This document shows, in pieces, positions 15,564-30,849 of a stretch of DNA of 64,000 bases. Source of the DNA: Eledone cirrhosa (taxonomy: Eukaryota); assembly GCA_964016885.1 (NCBI GenBank), contig OZ024755.1, positions 40,424,001-40,488,000 of the forward strand, in the 5' to 3' direction. A program made the position numbers and the translations under genes. A model generated the notes under the pieces. That model saw nothing but the letters and a program-made list of their open reading frames with translations. It searched no databases and was not told where the DNA came from. Each line of letters opens with the position of its first letter. The stretch's first letter is position 1.

Positions 15564-15634
15564 TATTTTATTATGCGCATTTCAAAAACAAATATCAACA
15601 TGCAATAACATTTGTGTTTTCATCAGATAAAATA
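15564..15634 (-). ncRNA. type I hammerhead ribozyme in PLE pLTR
   Basis: tattttat-CTGATGA-stem II-GAAA-tgcgca-TA-ataaaata. Confidence 0.8.
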
Positions 15635-18600
15635 GGAAGACATGATATGAAGGTTAAAAAACACTTGTGAATAGTCCAGTTTTAAATCAACATATGAAAC
15701 GTAGTTTTAGATTGATGTGTGATATTGGGAAAAAAGATTTTTTGAGGGGGGGAGGGTGTTTGGAAAGGATGAAAAAGAGGAGGAGATGAGAGTAAAAAGT
15801 GGAGGGGGAGGAGTATAATGATGAAGGATGTGATAGGAGGAGAGATGGGTGATAGAGAGAGATAGCTTTTATAACTGAGAAAAATATATTGTTTTACATA
15901 GAGAGGTTGAAAAACCGTTGGAAGATAGTATATAAATTAAAAGAATTTGAAAATTAACGAAGAGAAAAATAATGTTAAGTTAAGGTTTGTATATTGAAGG
16001 GTTTAATAATATGTGCGATGAAAAGAAATTGTTAATATGTATTAAGAATAATATTTAAGGGTTTAATAATATGTACGATGGAAAGAAAATGTTAATATGT
16101 ATTAAGAATATTATTTAAGGGTTTAATAATATGTGCGATGGAAAGAAAATGTTGATATGTATTATTAAAAAAAGCAATAGTAATGTAAGTAAGTATATAT
16201 TGTGAAAGAAGTAGAAGATAGGATGAATAAGTTAGATGAACGGAGAAAAAAATAATGAATTGAGGATGAATAATCTAACGTCAAAAAAATGTTTATGTTT
16301 ACGAAGGACTTTTTTCAAGGTGATATAAAGTAAGAATATATAGTACTGTGTAATAATTGTTTCTATGTTATGCACAATGGGAAAAGGTACAGATTAGGGG
16401 TTAGAAATTAAAAGAAAAAGGAAAAGAAAAGGAAAAGGCAGAAAGGGAAGTGATAAATAGGAGTGATATAGAATGAGTAACTAGTATTATATAATGTATA
16501 ATAAATAACTTTGAAATAAGGTAGAAAGATGGGTATATTTTTAAAGAGGTATATATAAATAAGTGCCTTTGAGAAAAGGATTTTAAATTGATAAAGTATT
16601 AGATATTAGCTGTATACTTTATGGAATGTTCTGTGGAATTTATGCAAGCAGAGAGAAAACAAGTCAGTGCGTCTATTTATTATAGAATCTAAATTAGATA
16701 TAATGGTAAATTTTTCATTTATACAAAGATTGCAAGTCTTGGATAGAGAACTGTTAAAGTATGGAGAAGCAGAAGAAACCTTTTTCCAAGAGATGTTATA
16801 TTTAATATTTTTGTCTTTCAAGGACAATGTGAGTTCTGAGAGTGCCGTGTTGGTTCTTTTAAGTTGGTATTTAAAAAACGAATGATGATTATAAAGACGA
16901 GCTTTAAAGGAGGTGGAAGTGGAGCAAAAATAGGTGAAGGAATTGGTGTCAGTTATAACTTTACATTCGTAGATTAAGTTTTTTTCCAGACAATGGTTGT
17001 TGAGAGGACATTTATTTTTAACAGGGCAATTGTAATTGCGATTAGAGAGATTAGCAGAGTTATTAACGAGTGACCTAGTTTTATCTATAGAAGGAATTGG
17101 ATTGGAGAAGTTATTTACGATAGGAATAATAGTTTCTTGATTTAGTGAAGTTGTGTTTGACGTTGTATTTGGGTTTGCAGAAATTATCCTAGAGTTTACA
17201 ATAACGTCGGGAGTACTATTACTATTATTATGATATTCAGTGTTGGAAGGAAGAGATTTAGTATTTAGTATTTTATTGTTGTGTTTAGAGATAATGTTGG
17301 AAATGTTGGAGGAGGTCGAATAGGAAAATTTTATAGTGTGTTTGTTAAATATTTTACTATAGATATGTGAGGGAGGGAAGCATTTATTTAAGGCACAAAA
17401 AAATAATTTAGGAATATTATTATTAATAGAGATGGAGAAAGGAGCATTATACCAGATTATGTTTTTGTATCTAGGTCTTTATTAAAGTTATTGGAATGAT
17501 CATGATTAATTATTCTACTGTAAGATCTTCTAGAATTCGTTTCTTTACTATATTTGATTTTATCAGGATAGCCGGCTTTAGAAAGCGCGTTATTATAGTA
17601 ATTGGCGTTAGCATCAAAGATGTTTTTATTAGAAGATAGGTTAGATATTCTTTTTCTAATATTACTAACTATAGCATTCTTAATATTAGTGGGGTGGTTA
17701 GATTTAAAATTAACATAATTTAGGTTCTCATTGTTTTTATGGTAAGGGTAATATAGGCCAGTGTCAAGATTAAGAGATACATCCAAGAAATTAGTTAGTT
17801 TGATGCTGTTATCAAATTCAATTTTTAACTTATGTTGGTTAAAGAGATTACGTATATTGTTCTTAATAATATTAAGGTTATATATACCTCTTTAAAAATA
17901 TACCCATCTTTCTACCTTATTTCAAAGTTATTTATTATACATTATATAATACTAGTTACTCATTCTATATCACTCCTATTTATCACTTCCCTTTCTTCCT
18001 TTTCCTTTTCTTTTCCTTTTTCTTTTAATTTCTAACCCCTAATCTGTACATGTTCTCATTGTGCCTATACATAGAAACAATTATTACACTGTACAATATA
18101 TTCTTACTTTATATCACCTTGAAAAAAATCCTTCGTAAACATAAACATTTTTTTGACGTTAGATTATTCATCGTCAATTCATTATTTTTGTCTCCCTTTC
18201 ATCTAACTTATTCATCCTATCTTCTACTTCTTTCACAATATATCCTTACTTACATTACTATTGCTTTTTTTAATAATACATATCAACATTTTCTTCCCAT
18301 CGTACATATTATTAAACCCTTAAATATTATTCTTAATACATATTAACAATTTCTTTTCATCGCACATATTATTAAACCCTTCAATATACAAACCTTAACT
18401 TAACATTATTTTTCTCTTCGTTAATTTTTAAATTCTTTTAATTTATACATTATCTTCCAACGGTTTTTCAACCTCTCTATGTAAAACAATATGTTTTTCT
18501 CAGTTATAAAAGCTATCTCTCTCTCTCTATCACCCATCTCTCCTCCTATCTCATCCTTCCACTTTTTACTCTCATCTCCTCCTCTTTTTCATCACCCCCC

Positions 18601-18713
18601 CCTCAAAAAATCTTTTTTCCCAATATCACGCATCAATCTAAAACTACTTTTCATATGTTGATTTAAAACTGCACTATTCACTAGTGTGTTTTAACCTTCA
18701 TATCATGTCTTCC

Positions 18714-18784
18714 TATTTTATCTGATGAAAACACAAATGTTATTGCATGATGATATTTGTTTTTGAAATGCGCATAATAAAATA
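18714..18784 (+). ncRNA. type I hammerhead ribozyme in inverted pLTR
   Basis: tattttat CTGATGA aaacacaaatgttatt..tgatatttgttttt GAAA tgcgca TA ataaaata; predicted cut after 18776. Confidence 0.8.
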
Positions 18785-18908
18785 CATGGAACTCTTTTAA
18801 CCATCTTTTGATCTTATATATTATGTATACTCCAGTCCTACAAACAGTAGAGTGCTTCTTATCCGATGTCTGCATTGTTTTATTGTACTACAATAAAACT
18901 CACCTCCT

Positions 18909-18972
<64 letters not shown>

Positions 18973-18976
<4 letters not shown>

Positions 18977-20200
18977 AGATCAAAAGATGGTTAAAGGAGT
19001 TCCATGTATTTTATTATGCGCATTTCAAAAACAAACATCATCATATAATAATATTTGTGTTTTCATCAGATAAAACAGGAGAACATGATATGATGGCTAA
19101 AAAACACTTGTGGATAGTGCAGTTTTAAATCAACATATGAAAAGTGGTTTTAGATTGATGTGTGATATTGGGAAAAATATTTTATTTAGAGAGGGGTGGT
19201 GGAAAGGATGAAAAAGGGGAGGAGATGAGAGGGAGAGATGGGTGATAGAGAGAAAGAGATAGTTTTTATAACTGAGAGGAGATATATTGTTTTACATAGA
19301 GAGGTTGAAAACCGTTGGAAGATAATGTATAAATTAAAAGAATTTGAAAATTAACGAAGGGAGGATATGTGCGAGGAAAAAATATTTTATTTAGGGAGGG
19401 GGTGGTGGAAAGGATGAAAAAGGGGGGAGGAGATGAGAGTGAAGGTGGAGAGGGAGAGATGGGTGATAGAGAGAAAGAGATAGTTTTTATAACTGAGAAA
19501 AAGATATATTGTTTTGCATAGAGAGGTTGAGAACCGTTGGAAGATAATGTATAAATTAAAGGAATTTGAAAATCAACGAAGGGAATTTATGTATGAAGAT
19601 AGAGAGAAAAAATAATAATTGTGGATGAATATTCTAACGTCAAAAAAAGTGTATGTTGATAAGTATTGTGGCAATTTCAAAATTAACGAAGAGAAAAATT
19701 ATTAAGGTTTGTGTGTAGAAGGATTTGAGAAAAATAATGTGAAGTTAAAGTTTGTATATTGAAGGAATTGATAATATATGCGAATAAAGAGTTAATATGT
19801 ATTAAGAATGAGTTCGTTGATGGGGAGAAAAAAATAATAAATTAAGGATGAAATTGAGATTAAAAAAGATTTATGATAGAGAGAAAAAATAATAATGATT
19901 GCGGATGAATATTCTAACGTCAAAAAAACAAATGTATATGTTATGAAGGATTTTACAAGGTGAAGATAGAATGAGGGTAATGAGTAAACAAGTATTATAG
20001 AGTGTATAATGCCCTTTAAAGTAAGTTAGGAAGATGGGTATATTTTAAAGAGGTGTATGTATATGTGCCTTTGAGAAAAGATTCTAAATTGATAAAGAAT
20101 TGAATATTAACTTATACTTTGTGAAAAGTCCTATGGAATTTATGCAGGCAGATAGAAAACAAATCTGTACGTCTATTTATTATAGAATCTAGGTTAGAGA
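18973..20200 (-). mobile_element. second, diverged 3' fragment of the same Neptune-like PLE family
   Basis: Homologous to 15532-16700, ends in [28 protein letters not shown]; internal duplications. Confidence 0.85.
19007..19075 (-). ncRNA. type I hammerhead ribozyme
   Basis: Same fold as 15564-15634 with substitutions in stem II. Confidence 0.75.
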
Positions 20201-20213
20201 TATATATATATAC

Positions 20214-20297
<84 letters not shown>

Positions 20298-20299
<2 letters not shown>

Positions 20300-20475
20300 T
20301 GAAGCAACGAAAAGTGAGGAAGAGTGAGTCAAGTCCAAAAATTTCCATGAATTTAAGTTCGGTGAAATCGTGAACGAGAGAGAATAAAGACCATCAAACC
20401 TGGTTGAAATGTCAGCAATGAAGGAATTTCGCAGAGGTCTAACGGGAGGAAGAAGGGGTCTAACAAAAATACAAA
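20298..20475 (-). mobile_element. possible PLE RT fragment
   Basis: Minus frame reads ..[18 protein letters not shown].., resembling the FT...FLD motif; short. Confidence 0.3.
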
Positions 20476-20479
20476 CTCA

Positions 20480-20952
<473 letters not shown>

Positions 20953-21602
20953 GTCTTCTCGATCTAAATATCCGCTTTAGGCGGTCCTGAGGTGCGTCGG
21001 GCGCGTGTTGTTGTGTCCGCCTGCCGTGGTGAAATGCACGCCACCTCATGCGTCTGATGAACGAGTTGGTGTGGTATATCAGCAGGCCCATGTACGTGTT
21101 ATCAGACGGGAGCGGTATGTTTTTCAGGGAAGAAGAGTAATTGAGTTTTTCCATGGCGGATCGCTGTAAGCGCTCTACTTGTGGAGGAGCGTAGTATATA
21201 CTTGTGTATAATGGTAGCTATGGCGCGTCCATAGGCGGTATGCCAAAATTGGCACTCAATCTTCAGCAGAGTAGAGTGTAGATAGTATAAAGAAACGAAA
21301 AATCAGTGATGCATCTGGACTCAGTTTATTGCGTGTTACAATGGTTTCGCCGGCAGGTGGCTCGAGACATGTCCATGTATGGATCTGGCTGATTCTACGG
21401 CTGCAGGTTCCTTCAGAAACGGGTAGTTCGTTCGGAGCAAATTTCATCACTGGGGTGTTATCATCAAAAACACCCTCAAAAACCTCTTCCACTCTTGTCA
21501 TGCCATTGGCTGTTGCTACTCCACGACATCTTAAGTTCTGGTCACTATTTACCGCCACACAGGTCCTCAGCCATTTTGCGCCCGACACACTTCAATGGAG
21601 TC
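20953..21602 (-). mobile_element. PLE pLTR plus start of ORF
   Basis: ATG at 21154 opens [41 protein letters not shown], resembling the N-terminus of Neptune-type PLE ORFs; runs into (TA)n. Confidence 0.7.
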
Positions 21603-21768
21603 ATATATATATATATTTAAAAGTTAAACAAGGTTCAATGAATACATCAAAGAATGAGTTTTACAATAGATTGGAAGCACTCAGCTGGAGGTTTTCCAGA
21701 GTTATTAATATTAATCCCATTACTGTCTCTTAACCGTCTACTATGTCAGGGTATGTCATGCATCATCT

Positions 21769-21835
21769 TATTTTATCTGATGAGGACGTACTGTTGAACT
21801 TAACCCAGTACCTCTGAAATATGTATAATAAAATA
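21769..21835 (+). ncRNA. type I hammerhead ribozyme in a solo pLTR-like segment (21617-21885)
   Basis: tattttat CTGATGA ggacgtactg..cagtacctct GAAA tatgta TA ataaaata. Confidence 0.65.
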
Positions 21836-21875
21836 TAATTGATCACAAGAATATCTATTTTGTTAATATTTTGAA

Positions 21876-21924
<49 letters not shown>

Positions 21925-22230
21925 TGATAGTCGATCATGACCACACGATCGATCTATCGATTATTGAAACATGTGTCGTGATTAAAATGATTGGAAATTT
22001 ATACCTTGCCTTCGGGTCGTTATTTTGATACTAATACTCCGTTTTACATCATCTAGCTGTTCCCATAAATGGAATTGGAGATATACAAAAGCGTGGAGAA
22101 CTTAATATTGCTAACATAAAGTTATTGGACCGTTTTACACGACCAATAATACACCTTACTATATAACAACTATATATATATATATATACATTTATGCATA
22201 CACACATATATATTTATCTATATATATATA

Positions 22231-22444
22231 TTTCGTCTCTGAATTTGTTTAGCAAGATTCTTTATCTGAAATCGTGTGTTGAAACCGATATTGTTATACT
22301 TTGGGAGGGTCATGTTGAAACCAACCAACCAACCAGAAATTTATAAATTTATAAATTTATTATAAATTTATTATAATAAATTGAAGTGAAGGCAACTGGT
22401 GCGTGTGTTTCTTATTGGCAACATGACCCTCCCAAAGTATAACA

Positions 22445-22446
<2 letters not shown>
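22231..22446 (+). mobile_element. mini fold-back PLE insertion (inverted tail 22231-22318 plus forward pLTR end)
   Basis: Both parts homologous to 23005-23192. Confidence 0.75.
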
Positions 22447-22533
<87 letters not shown>

Positions 22534-22579
22534 CACATATATATATATATATATATACATATATATACATATATATATA

Positions 22580-23191
22580 TGTGTAAATTAGAGAACATAG
22601 AAATAAAAATAGAATCTACACACAGAAAAGACGCAATGTTTAGACAAATCACAGAGGCAATAAACATAAAAGAATTACAACCAAAATTAAATAGAAAATA
22701 TGAGTGGAACAGCAACATCACAACTTACAATTAAGGACAAAATGAAAACACACACGCACATAGAACAAACAACCAACCTGTAACATGTAAATAAACAAAT
22801 AAATAAACGAATATAAACACACACACACAGACACCCGGATGTGGCGCATGCGCAGACTGAGCACACAACACACACACAGAAACAAAATGGCGTAGGACAG
22901 AACAAAGGAGAGGCACAAAAACAAAGAAAAGAATCCCCAGTCACTGAAGAGGTCACAGAATGTGTGACGAAAGAACTTTGACAATATATAAACAACCATC
23001 TGGTTATGGAACCAACCAACCAACCGGAAATTTATAAATTCTTAAATTTATAAATTTATTATAATAAATTGAAGTGAAACAATTGGTGCGAGTGTTTCTT
23101 ATTGGCAACATGACCCTCCCAAAGTATAACAATATCGGTTTCAACACACGTTTTCAGATAAAGAATCTTACTACACAAATTCAGAAACGAA

Positions 23192-23192
<1 letters not shown>
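22580..23192 (+). mobile_element. PLE 3' end: GIY-YIG C-terminus, pLTR and tail
   Basis: [33 protein letters not shown]; homologous to 45958-46376. Confidence 0.85.
22940..22982 (+). ncRNA. minimal type I hammerhead ribozyme
   Basis: gtca CTGAAGA g gtcaca gaatg tgtgac GAAA gaac TT tgac. Confidence 0.7.
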
Positions 23193-24606
<1,414 letters not shown>

Positions 24607-24976
24607 CATGGATCAGAACATAAAACTATTTTGTACTTCACTGCAACCATTTTTTCATTATCTTTAGTCACTTTGATAGAAAAATCAATCAAAGACTAAT
24701 ATATCAATATCGATCTAAAATATACTCATAATAATGTTAATAACGTTTTATTAATGAGATATATCATTTGGAATGGTTTTGTTTCAAGTCAGTTTATCAA
24801 GCAACCCAGCTGTCCCAAATTATGGCATCATTACTAAACCATTTAATGATCACAAAGTCGGGAGAGCATCCGAGTAAATGACTTTGTTCTGGGTCTCTGC
24901 ACTCTGAGTTCGAATCCCACTGGATTTGTCTTTGCCTTAAATAAAGTATCAATCATACACTGGTATTGATTTCTTC

Positions 24977-24981
<5 letters not shown>

Positions 24982-25033
<52 letters not shown>

Positions 25034-25185
25034 TCTCTCTCTCTCTCTCTGTCCTTCCCCCACTCTCTCAACTCTATCTCACTTTCTCTTTATCTCTCTC
25101 CCTCTTTCCCTCACACTCTCTTTCTCTCACTCTACCCCCCCCTCTCTATTTTCCTCACACTCTCCTTCCCTCACTCTCTTTCTCA
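24982..25185. repeat. (CT)n / pyrimidine-rich tract
   Basis: Direct reading. Confidence 0.9.
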
Positions 25186-25189
25186 TTTT

Positions 25190-26217
25190 TTTCGGGCTTG
25201 CACATTGTTCTGGGCCCCCTGACTCGCGCTGGTGGCGAGAACAGCACTTTATTTTCTTCTTACAAACCTCTTATCCCCCTTACCTTAATTCCTCACATAT
25301 CTTCCTTTAATCTGCTCTGTCATATACTCTCTATCACACACTAATTTACGTCCTTTATCCTATGACACATACTCGTTAATACATACACACTTACATACAT
25401 ATCACAGTTAAATACTTTTCACGTACACATTATAAAATTCAACATACATACACACGTTAAATTTATCATATACTCACATATACAAATCCACACATCTCAC
25501 GGACATAGGCTACACTGCCAGATATTTTACACACACACAAAATAAACTTCATATACACATTCAAACTTATATTCACTCACACATATATGTCCACGACCTC
25601 ACACATGGATATACACCTACACTCACTATCTTTGTTACTTTACACAATATACCTTTAAAAAACACGTTTTAACTTATACTTATACTCACACATATGACGG
25701 GACTAATGCACACACTCTCCACTTTGCGTTCCATTTTGTTACCAAGATTACCCAACGGTTGTCGCGTTTTCCATCTTCATTTTCGACGTTTTTTTTTTCT
25801 TTATTGGACCTTTTTCCTGTTTCTCCTTTGTGATCCTGTCTCTATTTTGTACTCCCGAAGAAGGGCTCAAGCCCGATACGTCGAACTTTCTTTCCTCTTT
25901 CCAATATAAAGCGTGAAATAATTGTTTCTACTTTCGGCACAAGGCCAGCAATTACCCAGTGCATTACTGGTACTTTATTTTATCGACCTCGTAAGGATGA
26001 AAGGCAAAGACAACCTCGGCGGGATTTGAACTCAGATCGTAAAGGGACGTAACTATGCTGGAAAGCATGGCGTCCGACCCTCTACTGATACTGCCAATCC
26101 ACCGCCAATATATAATTGTTTCTATGTTAGGCACAAGGCCAGCAATTACCCAGTGCATTACTGGTACTTTAAAGCGTGAAATAATAAGACATTTTGTACC
26201 TCTGTTTGTACCTCCTT

Positions 26218-26220
<3 letters not shown>
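25190..26220 (+). mobile_element. PLE 3' fragment with degenerate HHR (~25853-25887), interrupted by SINEs
   Basis: RWWREQHFIFFLQTSYPPYLN resembles the GIY-YIG C-terminus; ccgaagaa gggc tcaa gccc gata cgtc is a two-mutation HHR core. Confidence 0.6.
25923..26169 (-). mobile_element. family A SINE: one full copy plus one 5'-truncated copy, 16-bp TSD
   Basis: Homology to 61365-61553; taaagcgtgaaataat at 25907-25922 and 26170-26185. Confidence 0.85.
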
Positions 26221-26267
<47 letters not shown>

Positions 26268-26272
<5 letters not shown>

Positions 26273-26934
26273 GAATATAAAAGAAAAACGAACACAGATA
26301 TATACATATATGTGTTCAAATCGTAAGGGACCAAATTCGCTAAGGTGAAAAAAATACTAACTACAGACAATTGGGTTCGCTTGTCTCAATTTAAGAAAAA
26401 ATCAAGAAAATAAATACAAACCGGAATTGTGGTAACTACCAATCACCCAGACAGCTTGGTGTTGTCTTGCAATATTAATTGTGAATACAATTACCAATTT
26501 ATGCTCATCAGTGGGTGACAAATTTGTATTCTAGACACTTCTAAGTATGTTAAGAAACTGAACAGTGTGCTATATATTAACAGCGCACATGGTGTCCTAG
26601 CGTGTCTTACAAACCCACACGACTAAAAATAACAGCCAGGTTTATTCGACATTTGAAATAGCTCAACAAATTAACGGAGCCGAATATATCAAAGGTATAT
26701 ATTGAGTTAGGAACTCAAAATAGTCTCTTACAACAAGATAGCTCTAAGAAAGAGATATTTCCGAGCCGTATATTATAATTGAATATAAAATTAATTATAA
26801 AGTTAATTTGTTGAGCTATTTCAAATGTCGAATAATATATTCAATCATAATATACGGCTCAGAAATATCTCTTTCTTAGAGCTATTTTGTTGTAAGAGAC
26901 TATTTTGAGTTCCTAACTCAATATATACCTTTGA
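26268..26934 (-). mobile_element. ORF-less HHR element (family H3): partial tandem plus fold-back
   Basis: Homologous to 40480-40994; HHR at 26443-26518 with mutated GAAA; 26801-26934 inverts 26642-26787. Confidence 0.75.
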
Positions 26935-27527
26935 GATATATATGAATGTATATAAAGTGTATTTTGCAATACACTGTATGCTTAATTAAAAGCATTTCGA
27001 AGACGAAACGCTATTGTTTTAGAGTAGTGACAGTCTCACTTACTTTAAATTTTCAGCAAACAAGGGGAGATAAAGCTGACAGAGCTCTGTTTCGTACTTT
27101 TCGGTACTTATCAAAGCTAAGAACTCCACCTGTTTGCTGAAAATCATGAATGTTTGATTCTTATAGAATTCTAGTAATAATCAGGAACTGATTATACAGA
27201 GCGGTTGCCGGTCAAGCAGAAATTGAAAATTAGAATTGGTGCTCTGAAATAGCGATATATATATGAATGTATATATAGTGTATTTTGCAATACACTGTAT
27301 GCTTAATTAAAAGCATTTCGAAGACCTTACGCTATTGTTTTAGAGTAGTAACAGTCTCACTTACTTTAAATTTTCAGCAAACAAGGGGAGTTAAAGCTGA
27401 CAGAGCACTGTTACTACTCTAAAACAATAGCGTAAGGTCTTCGAAATTATTTTAATTAAGCATACAGTGTATTGCAAAATACATTATATATACATTCAAA
27501 TATCGGTAATTCAGAGCACCAATTCAA

Positions 27528-27531
<4 letters not shown>
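26935..27531. repeat. ~319-bp unit in partial tandem followed by fold-back (arms ~27226-27354/27407-27531)
   Basis: Direct repeat starting at 26935 and 27254, then reverse complement. Confidence 0.8.
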
Positions 27532-27590
<59 letters not shown>

Positions 27591-27610
27591 TATATATATA
27601 TATATATATA

Positions 27611-28118
27611 TATTGGTAAAAGGAAAATAAAATGCTGACAAATTGTTCCCAGTAAAAAATAGTTTAATTAGGAATAAGTAAAAATTAGTAATAGTATTGG
27701 TTAGTATTCAGTTTTGGTTTTAAGTTTTACCGGTTGCGCATTTCTAATGCTTTTCAAAAATAGTTTTGAGATAGAGCGCCCGTGATGTTTGCTCTAATCT
27801 GATTAGTTTGGGAAATTCTACCTGTTTTATGTAAAAAAAAGTGGCTCCAGATGTATGAAAAAATTCTTGTGGTCAAAACAATTTTGATTGGTCGGTAGAG
27901 GTCATGTGAATGTTAAAAATTGATTTTGCGCCAAATGTAGGTTTGTCTCGGCTGATTGAGAAGTCACTGAAAAATAAGTCTTTCTAGACAAATATGTGTG
28001 TGTGTGTGTGTGTTTGTGTGTGTAGTAGTAGTAAAGAGGTTCGTTGTTGTGATAATGGTCAGCAGGGATGTGTGTGCGAACCGCAGCCTGTTAACAGTTC
28101 AAATGCCTATTAAGACAA

Positions 28119-28184
<66 letters not shown>

Positions 28185-28291
28185 CAGAGTAATTCGTGGT
28201 AGACGGATGGTCAGAAGGAATGTGTCTGTACGTGTGTGGGGGATATTTTAACATGTTAAAAGATATTTTTCAGCTCTTGTCTTATACGGAG

Positions 28292-28333
<42 letters not shown>

Positions 28334-28384
28334 CTCTTTGTATGTTAATGTACGCGTGTGTATGTGTGTATATATATGTGTGTG

Positions 28385-28419
<35 letters not shown>

Positions 28420-30105
28420 ATGAGAATGTGTGTGTGTGGGGGGGACCAGTATTTTTGTGATACTGGTAAAAATGGTCTACATTATTCGATATTTTCAGTA
28501 AAAACGATTCTCTCAATAGAACATCAAAAACCTTAATAATAAAAGGTGTGAAATGATATATAGTATTGGCATAATACCAAGGTGTGTGTGAGTGTCCAGA
28601 TTGTACGTACTGCATTTCACACCCTTATGAATGGGCTCAACACGAATATTAACTTCACGATGGAATACAGCCATCAACAACTCCCCTTCCTCGACATCCT
28701 CATTAAGATCCATAACAAAAAATAGAAACAGACATATACTACAAGCCCACAGACTCCAAGCAATATCTTCCTTTCAACTCTTGCCACCCTAGACACGTTA
28801 AAATTAATATTCCCTGCAACTTAGCCAAGAGAATCTGTACTATAGTCTCCAATAAAAACACCTGCTACTTACGGCTACAAGAACTAAAGGACACACTCAT
28901 AGGTAGGGACTACACTGCATCACTAATTGACAATGGAATACAACGTGCCCTAAAACTCAGTACCCAGGACCTTAGACACCCTAAAGTAAATCAACCGAAA
29001 CTAAAAGCTCTTCCATACATCTCCACACACAAACCCCTCACCTTTGACACCATCCTCCAGAACATCCCTGTGTTGAAAAAGGACCATAGAATGAACCAAA
29101 TCTTACGAACACACGATATCATAAAGAGCAAAAGACAATCTAAGTCAATGAAAAACATCCTAACACATGCCAAAGTACTGCCAACCACAACAACGAAACC
29201 CACAGTAAAAAAATGCGATAGACCCAACTGTGGCATATGCATCAACCTAATAGAGGGTTCGGAATTCTATTTCAAAGAAGGACAACGTTTTATAGTAAAA
29301 CACAATTTCACATGTGCATCGGAAAATCGAATATATGTATTAACTTGGTCAGGTTGTCGAGAACAATACATAGGCCAGACCAAAAACAGCCTCCGCCAAC
29401 GCATGACTGTCCGTAGATCCCAAATTAAAATACGGAATACAGGAAAATACCACTGAGTGAACACATTGATACCTGTGCCGTCCAAAATCATCCCAACTTC
29501 AGAATCTTTCCCTTCTACAAATTTAAAGATAATGCCACCCACACCCAGCGCATCAGCAAGGAATCTCACTTTATTAACAAATACGGACCCCGTCTAAACA
29601 CTTCTCCCTAAGACAAACCCACAACATACACACGTCAACATACATACCTACATCAGCATACATCTCTATCCACATATAAACACAATGACATACGTAAACA
29701 CACATGTTCTATGGTGTAACACAAATATACACAAAGTTGCATACCTTTTGATGTCTATAGATATAAACGTGCCGACACACATATACATATACGCACACAT
29801 GCATTTCACACTGATGGGCACATACATATTTGTACACAAGTATTCCAATACGGCAAGGCCTAATGGATTCCCCTTTCAGTACGTACAATCTGGACACTCA
29901 CACACACCTTGGTATTATGCCAATACTATATATCATTTCACACCTTTTATTATTAAAGTTTTTGATGTTCTATTGAGAGAATCGTTTTTACTGAAAATAT
30001 CGAATAATGTACACCATTTTTACCAGTATCACAAAAATACTGGTCCACCCACACACACACATATATACACACACACATACACACGCGTACATTTACATAC
30101 AAAAA

Positions 30106-30166
<61 letters not shown>

Positions 30167-30278
30167 CTCCGTATAAGACAAGAGCTGAAAAATATCTTTT
30201 AACATGTTAAAATATCCCCCACACACGTACAGACACATTCCTACTGACCATCCCTCTACCACCAAAATTACTCTGCTA

Positions 30279-30309
<31 letters not shown>

Positions 30310-30849
30310 GCACTTGTCTTAATAGGCATTTGAACTGTCAACAGGCTGCGGTTCGCACACACATCCCTGCTGACCATTATCACAACAACGAACCTCTTTA
30401 CTACTGCTACACACAAACACACACACACACACATATTTGTCTAGAAAGATTTATTTTTCAGTGACTTCTCAATCAGCCGAGACAAACCTACATTTGGCGC
30501 AAAATCAATTTTTAACATTCACATGACCTCTACCGACCAATCAAAATTGTTTTGACCACAAGAATTTTTTCATACATCTGGAGCCACTTTTTTACATAAA
30601 ACAGGTAGAATTTCCAAAACTAATCAGATTAGAGCAAACATCACGGGCGCTCTATCTCAAAACTATTTTTGAAAAGCATTAGAAATGCGCAACCGGTAAA
30701 ACTTAAAACCAAAACTGAATACTAACCAATACTATTACTAATTTTTACTTATTCCTAATTAAACTATTTTTTACTGGGAACAATTTGTCAGCATTTTCTT
30801 TTCCTTTTACCAATATATCATACCTCATGTGTTTACACCTCTATTCTTT

